This document shows, in pieces, positions 17,775-28,100 of a stretch of 52,723 nucleotides of DNA (positions within the stretch are counted from its first letter, which is position 1; every line of letters starts with the position of its first letter). The notes under the pieces were generated by a model that worked only from the letters and a program-made list of their open reading frames with translations, had not been told where the DNA came from and did no database searches. The stretch comes from a virus (Duplodnaviria > Caudoviricetes): positions 1 to 52,723 of IMG/VR virus record IMGVR_UViG_3300027973_000071, one strand, 5' to 3'. A program made the position numbers and the translations under genes.

Positions 17775-20700
17775 GCCGCGAGACTCAAGTCCCATCCATT
17801 CCGGAGGTCAGGAGCGATAATGTTCTTGAAGTCCTCCAGGCCATCAAAAACACCATGCAGGTGCGAGAGGGCCAGATTGGAAATCCGCTTGATCAAGCGG
17901 CGACTTTGCGCGACCTTGTTGCTCTTGGCGTCGCCTCCGAAGATGCGGCTGGATCTGGGACTAAAAGCGGATCTGGAAGCATCCCGGTCAATCCAACGCT
18001 GACTCCTGGCGGCAGCTACAACGCAGTCACGGACCTTACGACGCCTCCCCCTCCTGTGGGGCTGGTTGCCTCAGGCGGATTTACTAATGTCTACCTTGAG
18101 TGGAGTGGCGCCCCTTACCAAAACCATGCTTATACAGAGGTGTGGCGCGGCACAGTTGACTCTCAGTCCGAAGCTGTGTTGGTCGGCGCCACGATCGGCA
18201 ATGTTTACGCAGATCCTGCTGACGCAAGCAGCACTTACTACTACTGGATTCGGTTTGTTTCCAAGGCGAACGTAACCGGCCCATTCAACTCTTCCTCCGG
18301 CACAAAAGCTCAGACGGCCCTTGATTCGCGAAAAATCCTTGACGCTCTCAGCGGGAAGATCACCGAGACTGAGCTGTATGCCGGTCTTGGCAAACGTATC
18401 GAGCTGATCGATTCTCCGTCCAGTGAAGCTGGGGGAGTCAACTATCGGCTCAATCGGGAATCTATTGCTCGAGCGGCTGCAATTCAGGCAGAGGCATCTG
18501 CTCGCGCTCAAGCCATTCTTAATGAGGCAGCGTCCAGGGCAAGCGCAGACTCCAATCTTCAGACTCAGATCAACACGCTGACGGCTGCATCTACTGGAGA
18601 CTTGAGCAGTGTTCTTGCGGCGCTACAAACTGAGCAGACTGCGCGTGCATCAGGAGATGCTGCTGAGGCCGCCAGCCGCGAGACACTTGCCGCTCAGATT
18701 CGCGGTACTTACTCTGGAACAGATGTTGCGCAGCTAACAACGGGTCTGGTTTACAACGAGCGGGTAGCTCGGGCAAACGCTGACGGAGCCTTGTCAAGTC
18801 AAATCTCGGCTCTGTCGTCCACAGTTACCACGAACTACAACACCCTAAATGCCGCGATCACGACCGAGGCATCAACCAGGGCAACCAATGACACGGCGAT
18901 CAGTAGCAGCCTGACATCGCTAAGCTCTCAGGTCAACGACTCAGTAACAGGATTGCCTGCCACGCGTTCGTCGCTGCTGACAAACTACTACACCAAGGCC
19001 GCAACAGACAGCGCAATCTCAACGGCATCGACGACTCTGACTAGCGCGTACGGCGCAGCAGATGCGACTACGCTTTCAAGCGCTCAAGGTTACGTTCAGA
19101 GCTACGCGTACACAAAAGCCGAAACCAATAGCGCAATTTCAACTCAGGTAGATACGGTCTCTTCCCGTTTAAATGTCGGCGGAGACATTTACAGCTCGAT
19201 TCAAACCGAGTCCACGACAAGGGCAAACGCAGACAACTCGCTGTTCGCTCAATACACAGTCAAGATCGATACCGGCGGATATGTCTCTGGGTTTGGTCTG
19301 GCGTCAACCTCTACTGGCGCAACGCCATCTTCTCTGTTTGCGATTCGTGCAGACGCTTTTGTTATCGGGCCGTCTACTCCTCCCGCCTACATCAGCACTA
19401 CAACGTACGTGCTTAATGATAGGGTGAGCTACACCTCCGGCGGATACAAGATCTACCGATGCAAAGCCACAACAACTGGCCGCGCACCAACTGATACGGC
19501 TTACTGGGAAGAGATTACCAGTCAGCTTCCATTCATCGTCACAACCACGCCAACGGTGATTGACGGCGTCACGTATCCGGTTGGGGCGTACATCCGCTCT
19601 GCGTATATTGCCGACGCCACAATCACCAGCGCAAAGATCCAAAGCCTTGTTGCCGACAAGATCAGCACTGGCTCCCTGACCGCGGCCATTGGCGTTACAA
19701 CAGGCTACCTGTCCGGAGGCCTCAATCTCGCCTATTCTCCCGGCGACTCTTCGGCTGGTACTGGATTCTTCCTTGGCAATAACAGCGGCGTCTACAAGTT
19801 CTTCGTCGGAAGCCCTAACAATAACGTACTTTGGGATGGCACTAACCTTCAGGTAAGAGGCACGATTTACGCTAGTGCCGGTACGGTTGGCGGCATTAGC
19901 ATGACTGCCAGCTCTCTGTACTCGGGGCAGGTTGCGCTCAACTCTGGTCAAGGATTTTTTCTCTCCTCGACGGGCACATTTTCAGTTGGCAACGGCGGCA
20001 GCCGAAAACTCTCCTGGGATGGCAGTGACCTTGAGATTTCAAGCGCGGGACTGACAGTTAGCGGCGGCAACGCCACGTTCTCTGGAGAACTGAAAGCCGC
20101 GAAAGGCTCTTTCAGTGGCGTGCTTGACGCGGCAAAGGGAACATTCGGCGGGGTTCTGGAGGCTGGCGTTTTGGACGCGAGCCAGCTCTCAGGCCAAACA
20201 TTCACTTACCCAAACTCTGGTAGCTACACCGCCTATACAACGACTGCCACCATCAGCACTGTGCGATTCACCCTTGTTGGGGCCGGCGGCGGAGGTGCGG
20301 GCGGAGGCAAGCAATACACAGGTGGTGGTGGAAGCCCAGGTTCTGTTGTAAACATGACGGTTTACAACATCTTGCCAGGAAAGACAATTTCAGTTGTTGT
20401 TGGCGCCGGAGGGGCTGGCGGCGGACCTGTCAGCAATGCCAACAGTCCACAATCCGGCGGCTCTGGTGGTAACACGCAAATCACCATTGGCTCGGATACC
20501 TACGTAGCCAACGGCGGGTCTGCCGGAACTCCGCTATCAATGAGCACCAGCTACGACCAGACATACACCAATGGTGTATCGATGGCGTACCGGACAAATG
20601 ACTACGGCGACTTTGCTGTGGTTCAGTCGATACCGGGTGTTCCGGCCAGCGTCGATGGATCGATTGGCGGCGATCGAGGTGGATCTTACTTTGGCAGCAA

Positions 20701-21385
20701 CGTCACTTACCGCGCAGCCTCTGGAACCCCCAGCCTGCTCAACGGCGGCTCTGGTACCCGTGGCGGCGGTGGCGGAGGTGGCGCTCCGTCGGCCGCATAC
20801 GTCAGAAACCGTGGCTTCTACATTGATCCAGCGGATGGCGACGGCGGCGATGGTAGCCCGACGACAGCCGGTGGCTCCGGCGGAAACGGCTACGCCAAGA
20901 TCGAGGTATTCAACCCGAACTCGGTTGTTCTGAAGAGCGACTACGACACGTTCCAGGAAACGCTTAACCAGCGCCTTACCTACCTTGACAACTTTGGCAG
21001 CATCAGCAATCCGATAAGGTATGTCGGTGGCGGCTTTGGCTGGGATAACTATCTTAATGGGAGAGGCAGCTATGTTTCTGGCGGAAGCGTAAAGGTCTCA
21101 AACCTAAGCACCACAAAGCTGCTTCGTGTGCGGGCAAAGTTTATCGTGACTCCTACTACCGACGATTCTTTTGCGTTCCGAGTAACCGTAAACGGTTCCG
21201 TAGTTCAGTCATCGAGCTTCTACACTGGATATAGCACAAGCCAATATACGTTCACCGTTGGCACTTTCGATGTCGCCGCCGGTCAGACGGTGACCGCAAT
21301 CCCGTCTTGCTCGGTTATTTCTGGGGGCGGCGAAGACAGTCTGACCGTCAACTCTGTGATCTTTGAAGCGGTAGGCTTTTTCTAA
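17771..21385 (+). CDS. Large tail fibre / host-specificity protein
   Basis: FN3-like YYYWIRFVS domain, E..ARA.AD coiled-coil repeats, DUF1983-like YTVKID..GYVSGFGL...FAIRADAF, Gly-rich C-terminal domain. Confidence 0.8.
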   Translation: MSRETQVPSIPEVRSDNVLEVLQAIKNTMQVREGQIGNPLDQAATLRDLVALGVASEDAAGSGTKSGSGSIPVNPTLTPGGSYNAVTDLTTPPPPVGLVASGGFTNVYLEWSGAPYQNHAYTEVWRGTVDSQSEAVLVGATIGNVYADPADASSTYYYWIRFVSKANVTGPFNSSSGTKAQTALDSRKILDALSGKITETELYAGLGKRIELIDSPSSEAGGVNYRLNRESIARAAAIQAEASARAQAILNEAASRASADSNLQTQINTLTAASTGDLSSVLAALQTEQTARASGDAAEAASRETLAAQIRGTYSGTDVAQLTTGLVYNERVARANADGALSSQISALSSTVTTNYNTLNAAITTEASTRATNDTAISSSLTSLSSQVNDSVTGLPATRSSLLTNYYTKAATDSAISTASTTLTSAYGAADATTLSSAQGYVQSYAYTKAETNSAISTQVDTVSSRLNVGGDIYSSIQTESTTRANADNSLFAQYTVKIDTGGYVSGFGLASTSTGATPSSLFAIRADAFVIGPSTPPAYISTTTYVLNDRVSYTSGGYKIYRCKATTTGRAPTDTAYWEEITSQLPFIVTTTPTVIDGVTYPVGAYIRSAYIADATITSAKIQSLVADKISTGSLTAAIGVTTGYLSGGLNLAYSPGDSSAGTGFFLGNNSGVYKFFVGSPNNNVLWDGTNLQVRGTIYASAGTVGGISMTASSLYSGQVALNSGQGFFLSSTGTFSVGNGGSRKLSWDGSDLEISSAGLTVSGGNATFSGELKAAKGSFSGVLDAAKGTFGGVLEAGVLDASQLSGQTFTYPNSGSYTAYTTTATISTVRFTLVGAGGGGAGGGKQYTGGGGSPGSVVNMTVYNILPGKTISVVVGAGGAGGGPVSNANSPQSGGSGGNTQITIGSDTYVANGGSAGTPLSMSTSYDQTYTNGVSMAYRTNDYGDFAVVQSIPGVPASVDGSIGGDRGGSYFGSNVTYRAASGTPSLLNGGSGTRGGGGGGGAPSAAYVRNRGFYIDPADGDGGDGSPTTAGGSGGNGYAKIEVFNPNSVVLKSDYDTFQETLNQRLTYLDNFGSISNPIRYVGGGFGWDNYLNGRGSYVSGGSVKVSNLSTTKLLRVRAKFIVTPTTDDSFAFRVTVNGSVVQSSSFYTGYSTSQYTFTVGTFDVAAGQTVTAIPSCSVISGGGEDSLTVNSVIFEAVGFF

Positions 21386-21388
21386 AGG

Positions 21389-21664
21389 ATGTCTATGGGA
21401 ATTGAAATCAACGTCACCTCTGACAACGGCACTAGGCTCACCTACGGCCGAGTCGTTGAGCTGGAGATGGATTACCAGACAAGGCAGACAAAAGCATACA
21501 TTGGCGGCTACCAGAACAAAGAGTCCCGCCTGAGGGGTGAGCGGCCCGTCCGGGCGCTGTACGCCGAGTATGTGATGCCAGACCCGGCTCCCGAAAACAT
21601 TGTGGCCCACGCCTACGAGCAGCTTTCGGTTTCCCGCCCTGACCTTGACATGACCGACGTTTAG
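21389..21664 (+). CDS. Hypothetical fibre-associated protein
   Basis: Directly follows the fibre gene; beta-rich. Confidence 0.6.
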   Translation: MSMGIEINVTSDNGTRLTYGRVVELEMDYQTRQTKAYIGGYQNKESRLRGERPVRALYAEYVMPDPAPENIVAHAYEQLSVSRPDLDMTDV

Positions 21665-21707
21665 GGACTCACCACCTAGAATCACACAAGCAGCTAGAGG
21701 AACACGG

Positions 21708-22319
21708 ATGTCCGTTTTTAGCCATCAAAAACTGCGCGAAGCACTCGCTTCGGGGCTGGGGAAAACCCTGACCCCGGAGCTTGCTGCGCAGATTGAGGCT
21801 GGCGCATTTGACTGGGAGGACCACTCTCACGATCCGGCCAAGTTTGGCTCTGTCCCGTATAAGGACTACGTCATTCAGGTCGAGCGCTTTCGCGACATCC
21901 TCCCCGAGATGCATGAGTTGCACGTTGAGCACTGGAAGGAGACTGAGCGCCATCGTCATGGGCTGGCGCTTAACCCGAACTACGACGCGGTAATTGCTAG
22001 TGAGAAAGCTGGGAAACTGATCCAGTTCACGATGCGCCATAAGAGTGGTGAGCTTGCCGGAAACCTGAGGATGTACTTAGTTACCAGCATCCACACGCAG
22101 ACTAGGTATGCGTCGGAGGACACCCTGTACATCAAGCCTGAGCATCGCGGCGGCTTTGCTGTGATGGCAATTCTTAAGTTTGCCCAGGACTCCCTGCAAA
22201 GCATCGGCATTCATGAGATCAGGGCGAATAGCAAGCTAGTAAATCGGGCGGATGTCCTGATGCGGCGCATGGGCTACAACCCCGTTGCCATCGAGTTCGT
22301 GAAAATTTTTGAGGCTTAA
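21708..22319 (+). CDS. GNAT-family acetyltransferase-like protein
   Basis: EDTLYIKPEHRGG...LMRRMGY motif; precedes the ejection genes. Confidence 0.7.
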   Translation: MSVFSHQKLREALASGLGKTLTPELAAQIEAGAFDWEDHSHDPAKFGSVPYKDYVIQVERFRDILPEMHELHVEHWKETERHRHGLALNPNYDAVIASEKAGKLIQFTMRHKSGELAGNLRMYLVTSIHTQTRYASEDTLYIKPEHRGGFAVMAILKFAQDSLQSIGIHEIRANSKLVNRADVLMRRMGYNPVAIEFVKIFEA

Positions 22320-22321
22320 TC

Positions 22322-23398
22322 ATGTGTAGTGACGCTCCGACTCCAGATCCGCTGATTGGCGAATCCGCCAGGATGAATGCTCAGACGGCTAAAGAGTCGC
22401 TTGAGTGGTATCGAAATCAGTACGCAACCGAAATTGCGCCTCGCATGCAGCGCGACCAGGAGCTGCGCGAGGGAATGATCGGCGACTTGCGGTCAAGCAT
22501 GAAGCAGCAGCAGCAGTTTGCTGAAGAGCAGAATGCCTACTACAAGTCTACGTTCCAGCCCATCGAGCAGAAGATGGCTCAGGAGGCGATGGACTATGAC
22601 TCCCAGGCCAACATTCAACGCCGACAGGGTATCGCTGCCGCCGCGGTCAACCAGCAGTATTCCCTTGCCGCCGGCCAGCAATCCCGTTTGCTTTCGCGAT
22701 ATGGCCTGAACCCTAACAGTTCCGCTTTCGCCCGAGAGAATGCCAAGCTGACCAACGCCCAGGCCCTAGCTTCCGCCGGAGCTCAGACTGGCGCAGCCTT
22801 TGACACGATGGATCGCGGCATTGCGTTGCGAGCCGGCGTCTCAAACTTTGGTCGCAACATGACCAACACGGCGGCGCAGTATTACTCTAACTCCGGGAAT
22901 GCTGCCAACAACATGTCCGGCATCTCGTCCGCCGGCATGGCTAACGCAATCAGCGGAACAAACGTGATGAATCAGGGCTACCAGACTGCCATCCAGGGCA
23001 ATCAGTCTGCCGGCAACCTGATGCTTGGCGACTTCCAGGGCCGGATGCAGGGCTATCAGGCTCAACAGCAGGCTATCGGTAGCGCGATGCAAGGGATTGG
23101 TATGGTGGCCGGCATGGGTATGGGCGCCCCTGTCGCAGGCGGCGGCTCCGTGTTCGGAAATCTTTTCAAAGCCGCCGATGGTGGGCACATCAATGCCAAG
23201 GGCTTGCGCATGGCGTCTGGAGGCGAAGTCAATGGCGCCGGCGGCCCCGTTGACGACAAGGTGCCGGCCATGCTTTCGGATGGCGAATACGTTGTCCCTG
23301 CGGACGTTGTCAAAGCAAAGGGTGTCGAGTTCTTCGACAGGCTGCGTCAGAAATATCACACGCCTGCCGCCGTTCAGCGCGGGCTTCGGAGGTCTTAA
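22322..23398 (+). CDS. Internal virion / DNA ejection protein
   Basis: Q/A/G-rich helices; C-terminal GAGGPVDDKVPAMLSDGEYVVPADVV motif. Confidence 0.7.
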   Translation: MCSDAPTPDPLIGESARMNAQTAKESLEWYRNQYATEIAPRMQRDQELREGMIGDLRSSMKQQQQFAEEQNAYYKSTFQPIEQKMAQEAMDYDSQANIQRRQGIAAAAVNQQYSLAAGQQSRLLSRYGLNPNSSAFARENAKLTNAQALASAGAQTGAAFDTMDRGIALRAGVSNFGRNMTNTAAQYYSNSGNAANNMSGISSAGMANAISGTNVMNQGYQTAIQGNQSAGNLMLGDFQGRMQGYQAQQQAIGSAMQGIGMVAGMGMGAPVAGGGSVFGNLFKAADGGHINAKGLRMASGGEVNGAGGPVDDKVPAMLSDGEYVVPADVVKAKGVEFFDRLRQKYHTPAAVQRGLRRS

Positions 23399-25113
23399 TG
23401 GGAATCGCTGCTGGAATTGGTGGGTTTGCCGAGGGTCTTGGCAGAGGTATTAAGCTATCTTCGGAAATGCGCGAAGCCGAAGAGCGCAAAAAAGATGCCG
23501 AGGAGAGACGAAAGTTGATGGCTTTGCAAGCCGAGGCCGCGGGCCTTCAGCTTGAAGACCTCAAAGATACGCGGGCCTACAACGTCGCTCGACGCAAAAT
23601 CTTTGATGAAGTGTACGGCGATACCGGTCCCTCGGCGCCAGCGACCGTTGTTCCAAATCCAGCCGCTGCATCCAATGCGGCGCCGGCTTCCGCGCCGGTA
23701 GTTGGCGCACCGATGGCTATGGATTTGCCTAAGCCAGGAGACTTGGATGGGCCTCCCCCTCCTCCTGCCGGAATCAGAACTCCCGGCCCTGCCCCAGAGG
23801 CCGCAGTTCCAGCAGCCGCAGCTCCCGCAGGCATTGCTGCCCCCGCATCCGATGCCGTCGCGCCAAAACCAAAGAACGACTTCGATCGAATGATGACTGC
23901 TTGGGATCGTACCAAGCAGCTCGACATGAAGTACGGAAAGCTGTCACCGCTTGACGCTATTAAACAGGCAAGAGAGTTCGACAAGCTCACGAATGAGGGT
24001 TTCATCGATGCTTTCCAGTATCTTGCATCAACTGGCGATGAAAAAGGAGCTATCGCCAGATTCAACCAGTTTGGCAGTACCAAGGTTCCAGAAAATACCA
24101 CGTTCAAAACGGTTGATCGTGAGGTTATTCCTGGAGTTCCCGATTCCAAGCAGAAAGACTATGTGGCCGTTCTGCCTAATGGACGCGAAATCAGCTTCAT
24201 GGACACGATGCGCAACTCGCTCAACCCCAGAGAGCTTGCTGACATCACCACCAAAACCGGCCTCGGTATTGCTGAATACAGGCTAAAAATGGAATCCGAG
24301 GCAAGACAAACTCGTCAGGGCAATCAGCTATACGATCTGACAAAGCTCAAGTACGACAACCTGATCGCTGAACAAAAGTCGCAGACTGCTATTGCGCTGG
24401 AGCGCCTTGGTCTTGCTAAAGATCAGGCTCGATACGAGCGCACTCAGCAGGCGTTCAACGGTTCTTATCTGGAGATTGCCAACACGATTGGCATCATGAA
24501 GAACTTTGATCCGAACAAGGCATCCGATTCTGAGATTTCTCAGCACCGAAACAGACTTGCTGTGGCAAGTGCATCTCAATCAGTTTTTGAGATGAACTTC
24601 GATCTTAAATCCGGTAAGCCGGCAATCAGTCCGCAACAATCGCTTGAGGTGGCCCGCCTCGCGGCAGAGAACCCGGGCCAAGTTCGCAAAGACGAAGCCA
24701 CCGGCTTCTCATACATTGATTACGGAAAGCGGAAGATCTTTGTTCCGGGCTCTTTGGCCCCGCAACAACCTCCCCAGCCTGCTCCAGGCGCAGCTCCGGC
24801 CCCCGGAGCGGCTCCGGCACCATCTGCTCCCCGTCCCGGGATGCAGTCTGCTCCTCCTGCTCCTCCTGCGCCGAGCCGGCTAAACGATTCCGCTCCTCCG
24901 GCAGTTCAGCAGATCGGTTTGCAGCTTGATGCAGCTCGGGAGCTTTATGCGTCTGCTCGTCAGAAACTGACCACATTTGGCTCGCAGCAGCGGAAGATGA
25001 ACCCGCAAGCTTTTGCTGCGGCAGAGGATGACGCAAGATCGGCGGCAGCCGTAGTAGAGGAGCTAGAGAATAAATACCGGGCAGCACTTCCTGCCAGTAT
25101 TCGTGGTCAGTAA
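23398..25113 (+). CDS. Internal virion / DNA ejection protein
   Basis: N-terminal GIAAGIGGFAEGLGRG segment, coiled coils and Pro/Ala linkers; TAATG coupling. Confidence 0.65.
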   Translation: MGIAAGIGGFAEGLGRGIKLSSEMREAEERKKDAEERRKLMALQAEAAGLQLEDLKDTRAYNVARRKIFDEVYGDTGPSAPATVVPNPAAASNAAPASAPVVGAPMAMDLPKPGDLDGPPPPPAGIRTPGPAPEAAVPAAAAPAGIAAPASDAVAPKPKNDFDRMMTAWDRTKQLDMKYGKLSPLDAIKQAREFDKLTNEGFIDAFQYLASTGDEKGAIARFNQFGSTKVPENTTFKTVDREVIPGVPDSKQKDYVAVLPNGREISFMDTMRNSLNPRELADITTKTGLGIAEYRLKMESEARQTRQGNQLYDLTKLKYDNLIAEQKSQTAIALERLGLAKDQARYERTQQAFNGSYLEIANTIGIMKNFDPNKASDSEISQHRNRLAVASASQSVFEMNFDLKSGKPAISPQQSLEVARLAAENPGQVRKDEATGFSYIDYGKRKIFVPGSLAPQQPPQPAPGAAPAPGAAPAPSAPRPGMQSAPPAPPAPSRLNDSAPPAVQQIGLQLDAARELYASARQKLTTFGSQQRKMNPQAFAAAEDDARSAAAVVEELENKYRAALPASIRGQ

Positions 25114-25131
25114 TAAAGCCCTGGAGTTCTA

Positions 25132-28100
25132 ATGGCCTTGTTTGAAAACCCTTACGACCCAGAAGACAGCAAAGAAGAATCCGGATCCAAAGGGTTTGGT
25201 CTTCGTCTATACAAAAGCGCATCTGAGGCATTTAGCCAGGACGTATCTCCCAGGGCTTACGCAGAAAGCCGTGCCGCTACTCCGCCGGCGACGGGAATGC
25301 AAGGTGCTTTTCAGTCTGTGTTTGGCCCGCAAAAGCCCGTTGCCGGCGGCGCCGCCTCGGGCGCTTCCGCTGGCGGCAGCGATCTTCAATCCGCGTTTGC
25401 CTCAGTCTTTGGCAATGCTCCGGTCGCCGCACCAAAGCAAGAAGAACAGGGCAACTTCTCTCGTGGATTCTCAGTCTCCGGCAAGCAGCTCAAGCAGACG
25501 CTGTATGGAACCGCCGCCCTTGTTGGCGACACCGTCGGCTCAAGCACTGTTCGTGAGTGGGGCCTGAAAGGCTATAAGGACGCCGAGAAAGAGATTCAGG
25601 GGATCAGCAAAGAGTCCGACTCCTTTACCAGCGCGGTAAGCACCGGAGAAATTGGAAAGTGGCTCGGCTACACCAGCGGCTACCTTGTGGGTCAGGTCTC
25701 TGAGATGGGCGTCGCCGCCCTTGCTGGCGGCATTGCAGGCTCTGCCGTAGCCCCTGGCGCTGGCACTGTTACTGGTGCCGTGACCGGCGCCATTGAGAAG
25801 GGTGCTGTTCAGGCCGGCATCCGTGGCTTCGTCGGCAAGATGATCGACAAGGAGGCGGCAAAGATCGGCGCTGAGCTCGCGGCCAAGGGCGTCGCCAAAG
25901 AAGTGGCTGAGCGCGAAGCCACCATGCTGGCCACGAAGTCCGTGTATCGGATGATCGGCGCTAACACAGCGAACACGTTCCTGAACGCCACAGGCGAGCT
26001 TGGCGCTATCTACGGCGATGCCGTCGAGGAGGCCGCTAAGACTGGCCAAGAGTATTCGCTTGGCAAGGTCTGGCTATCCGGCATTGCCGCCACCGCCGTC
26101 GATTCCTGGGCCGACTCCAAATCTCTTGGCAAGCTCATGGGATCGCTTGGCGGCGACAAAGCCATCCGTGGCGTGGCTATGGAAGCCCTCAAAGGCGGCT
26201 TGCGTGAGGGATTGACCGAAGGCACGCAGACAGTGATTGAGCGTTGGGGTGCAAACAAAGACCTCACCAGCCGCGAGGCGTTTAAGGACTACATCGACTC
26301 GGCTGCCGTCGGCGTTCTTGGCGGTGGCGTTTCTGGTGCCGCATCTGGCGCCATCAACAAACTGACAGCAGGCCCCGACACCAAGCCCGGCGGCGCTCTT
26401 CCGGATGAGAGAGGAAGGCCCATCGATTCCGGCGCCACCGCCGACGAACGTGCCGGCCTGCTCAATCAGCGTCCCGCAATCCCCGTTGATGAAGTGACTA
26501 GCTCACTGCGTGACCCCGGTCAACTGGCATTTATTTACAACAGCGCGGACCCAGACACCCGCCAGTCCATCGAGCAAGCGGCATACCGCGTTGGGATTAC
26601 CACCGAGCAGTTCCGGGCCGCGGTCAACAACAAAGCCAACATTGCAGCCGGCCAGGCCGTGCTTGGAAATGAGCCGTTGTTTACCCAGGACTTGATTGCT
26701 GGCATCGAATCCTTTGCCACTACACCTCCGGTCAATCGTGGACCAAAGGTGATGAACATCAACAAGACCGCCACTGCGGCGCCGTCTCAATTTGACTTGC
26801 TCGGTACCGAGCCGCCCACAAGCTCCGCCGCTCCCGCCGCCGTCGTAGAGCCTCAGCAACAGCAGCCCGCCGCGCCAGCCGCCCCGCTCACCCTGCGTCA
26901 ACGCCTTATCAACCAGTTTGGCGCTAACGAATCCATTCCTCAGGGCTGGGAGATTTTGGGCGAGGGCAAGTACGGGATCATCTCTGCCCAAGAGCCTTAT
27001 AGCCCAAGTGCCGACATTCATCGTCGCGTCTACACACATAAGTCACTTGGCGGACTTTGGTTCAATAAAGAAAAAGATGTCTTCGATGCGCTGAAAATTC
27101 GCCGCGAGTCTGGCGAAAGTGTTTCCGCTATCGCGCCTGCGCAGCAGCAGGCCCCGGCTCCCGCAGCAGTTACGCAAACAGCGCCTTCTGCGCCAAACAA
27201 AGTTCAGCTCAAAGACGGCAGCACCGTCACGTTGTCAAAGACGGCTGCGCCAAATGCATTTAGCGCTCTAGTTCGCTCACAATACGGGGAGCCTATCGCG
27301 ATCGTGGCGCTAGATGCATCCGGCGCCGAGGTGGGGCGCCTTACCTATATGGAGGGCGGCGGGCCAATTGATGTTAAGGTTCCTGAGAAAGATCGCCGGA
27401 AAGGTATTGCTACTGCGCTGTACGACGAGCTGGAATCGGCGGGCGGCAAGCTCCCCGATGTGAATTCGGGCGTAGCTATATCGGATGCGGCCCGCTCTGT
27501 TCGTGAGTCGCGTGAACGGCAAGCCTCCGCCACTCCAGCTACACCCGCTGCCCCAGCGCCTGTCGAGCAGGGAGTCCGCAGTCCAAGTGAGCGCGAGCGC
27601 AATAGCTTCGCCGCCTGGGCGGCTATGGACCTTAACGACAGAAAGTACCTGTTCGCCAAAGAGGGTGGCCAGTACGAAATCTTGGTTTTCGACCAAGGGA
27701 AAAATCGCGTTGAGTGGGCTGTCCGAAATATTGGCGACACTCGATCCAACGTCTTGTCCGAAGGAAGGGCATTTCCCGAGGACATTTCTCCTCGAATGGC
27801 AGCTCTGTTGACGGAGCTGTCAAAGACTAAGGTAGAAAACACCGCTCAGCGTGACGCTTTGATGGGGCAGATTCAGGCGGAGGCTATGCAGCAGTCCGCC
27901 TCTTCAGCGGCTCCAGCAGCAGAGGTTAGTCCTGCCGCTGATCAAAATATCAGCGAAGCTCAGACGCCCTCCGCCCCCAGGGCCCTTGACGTCGGCCGCG
28001 AGGCTCTGCTTGAAGCCCATTTCGAGGACGAGTTCGCCAAGATCCGCGGCAAGCAAGGCAAAACCGCTAAGGACCGCGCCGAGAAGCTAGTTCAGATGAT

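Noticed and set aside
17771-21385. Diversity-generating retroelement target in the fibre gene
   Set aside because: No reverse transcriptase, and I found no TR/VR pair differing at adenines.
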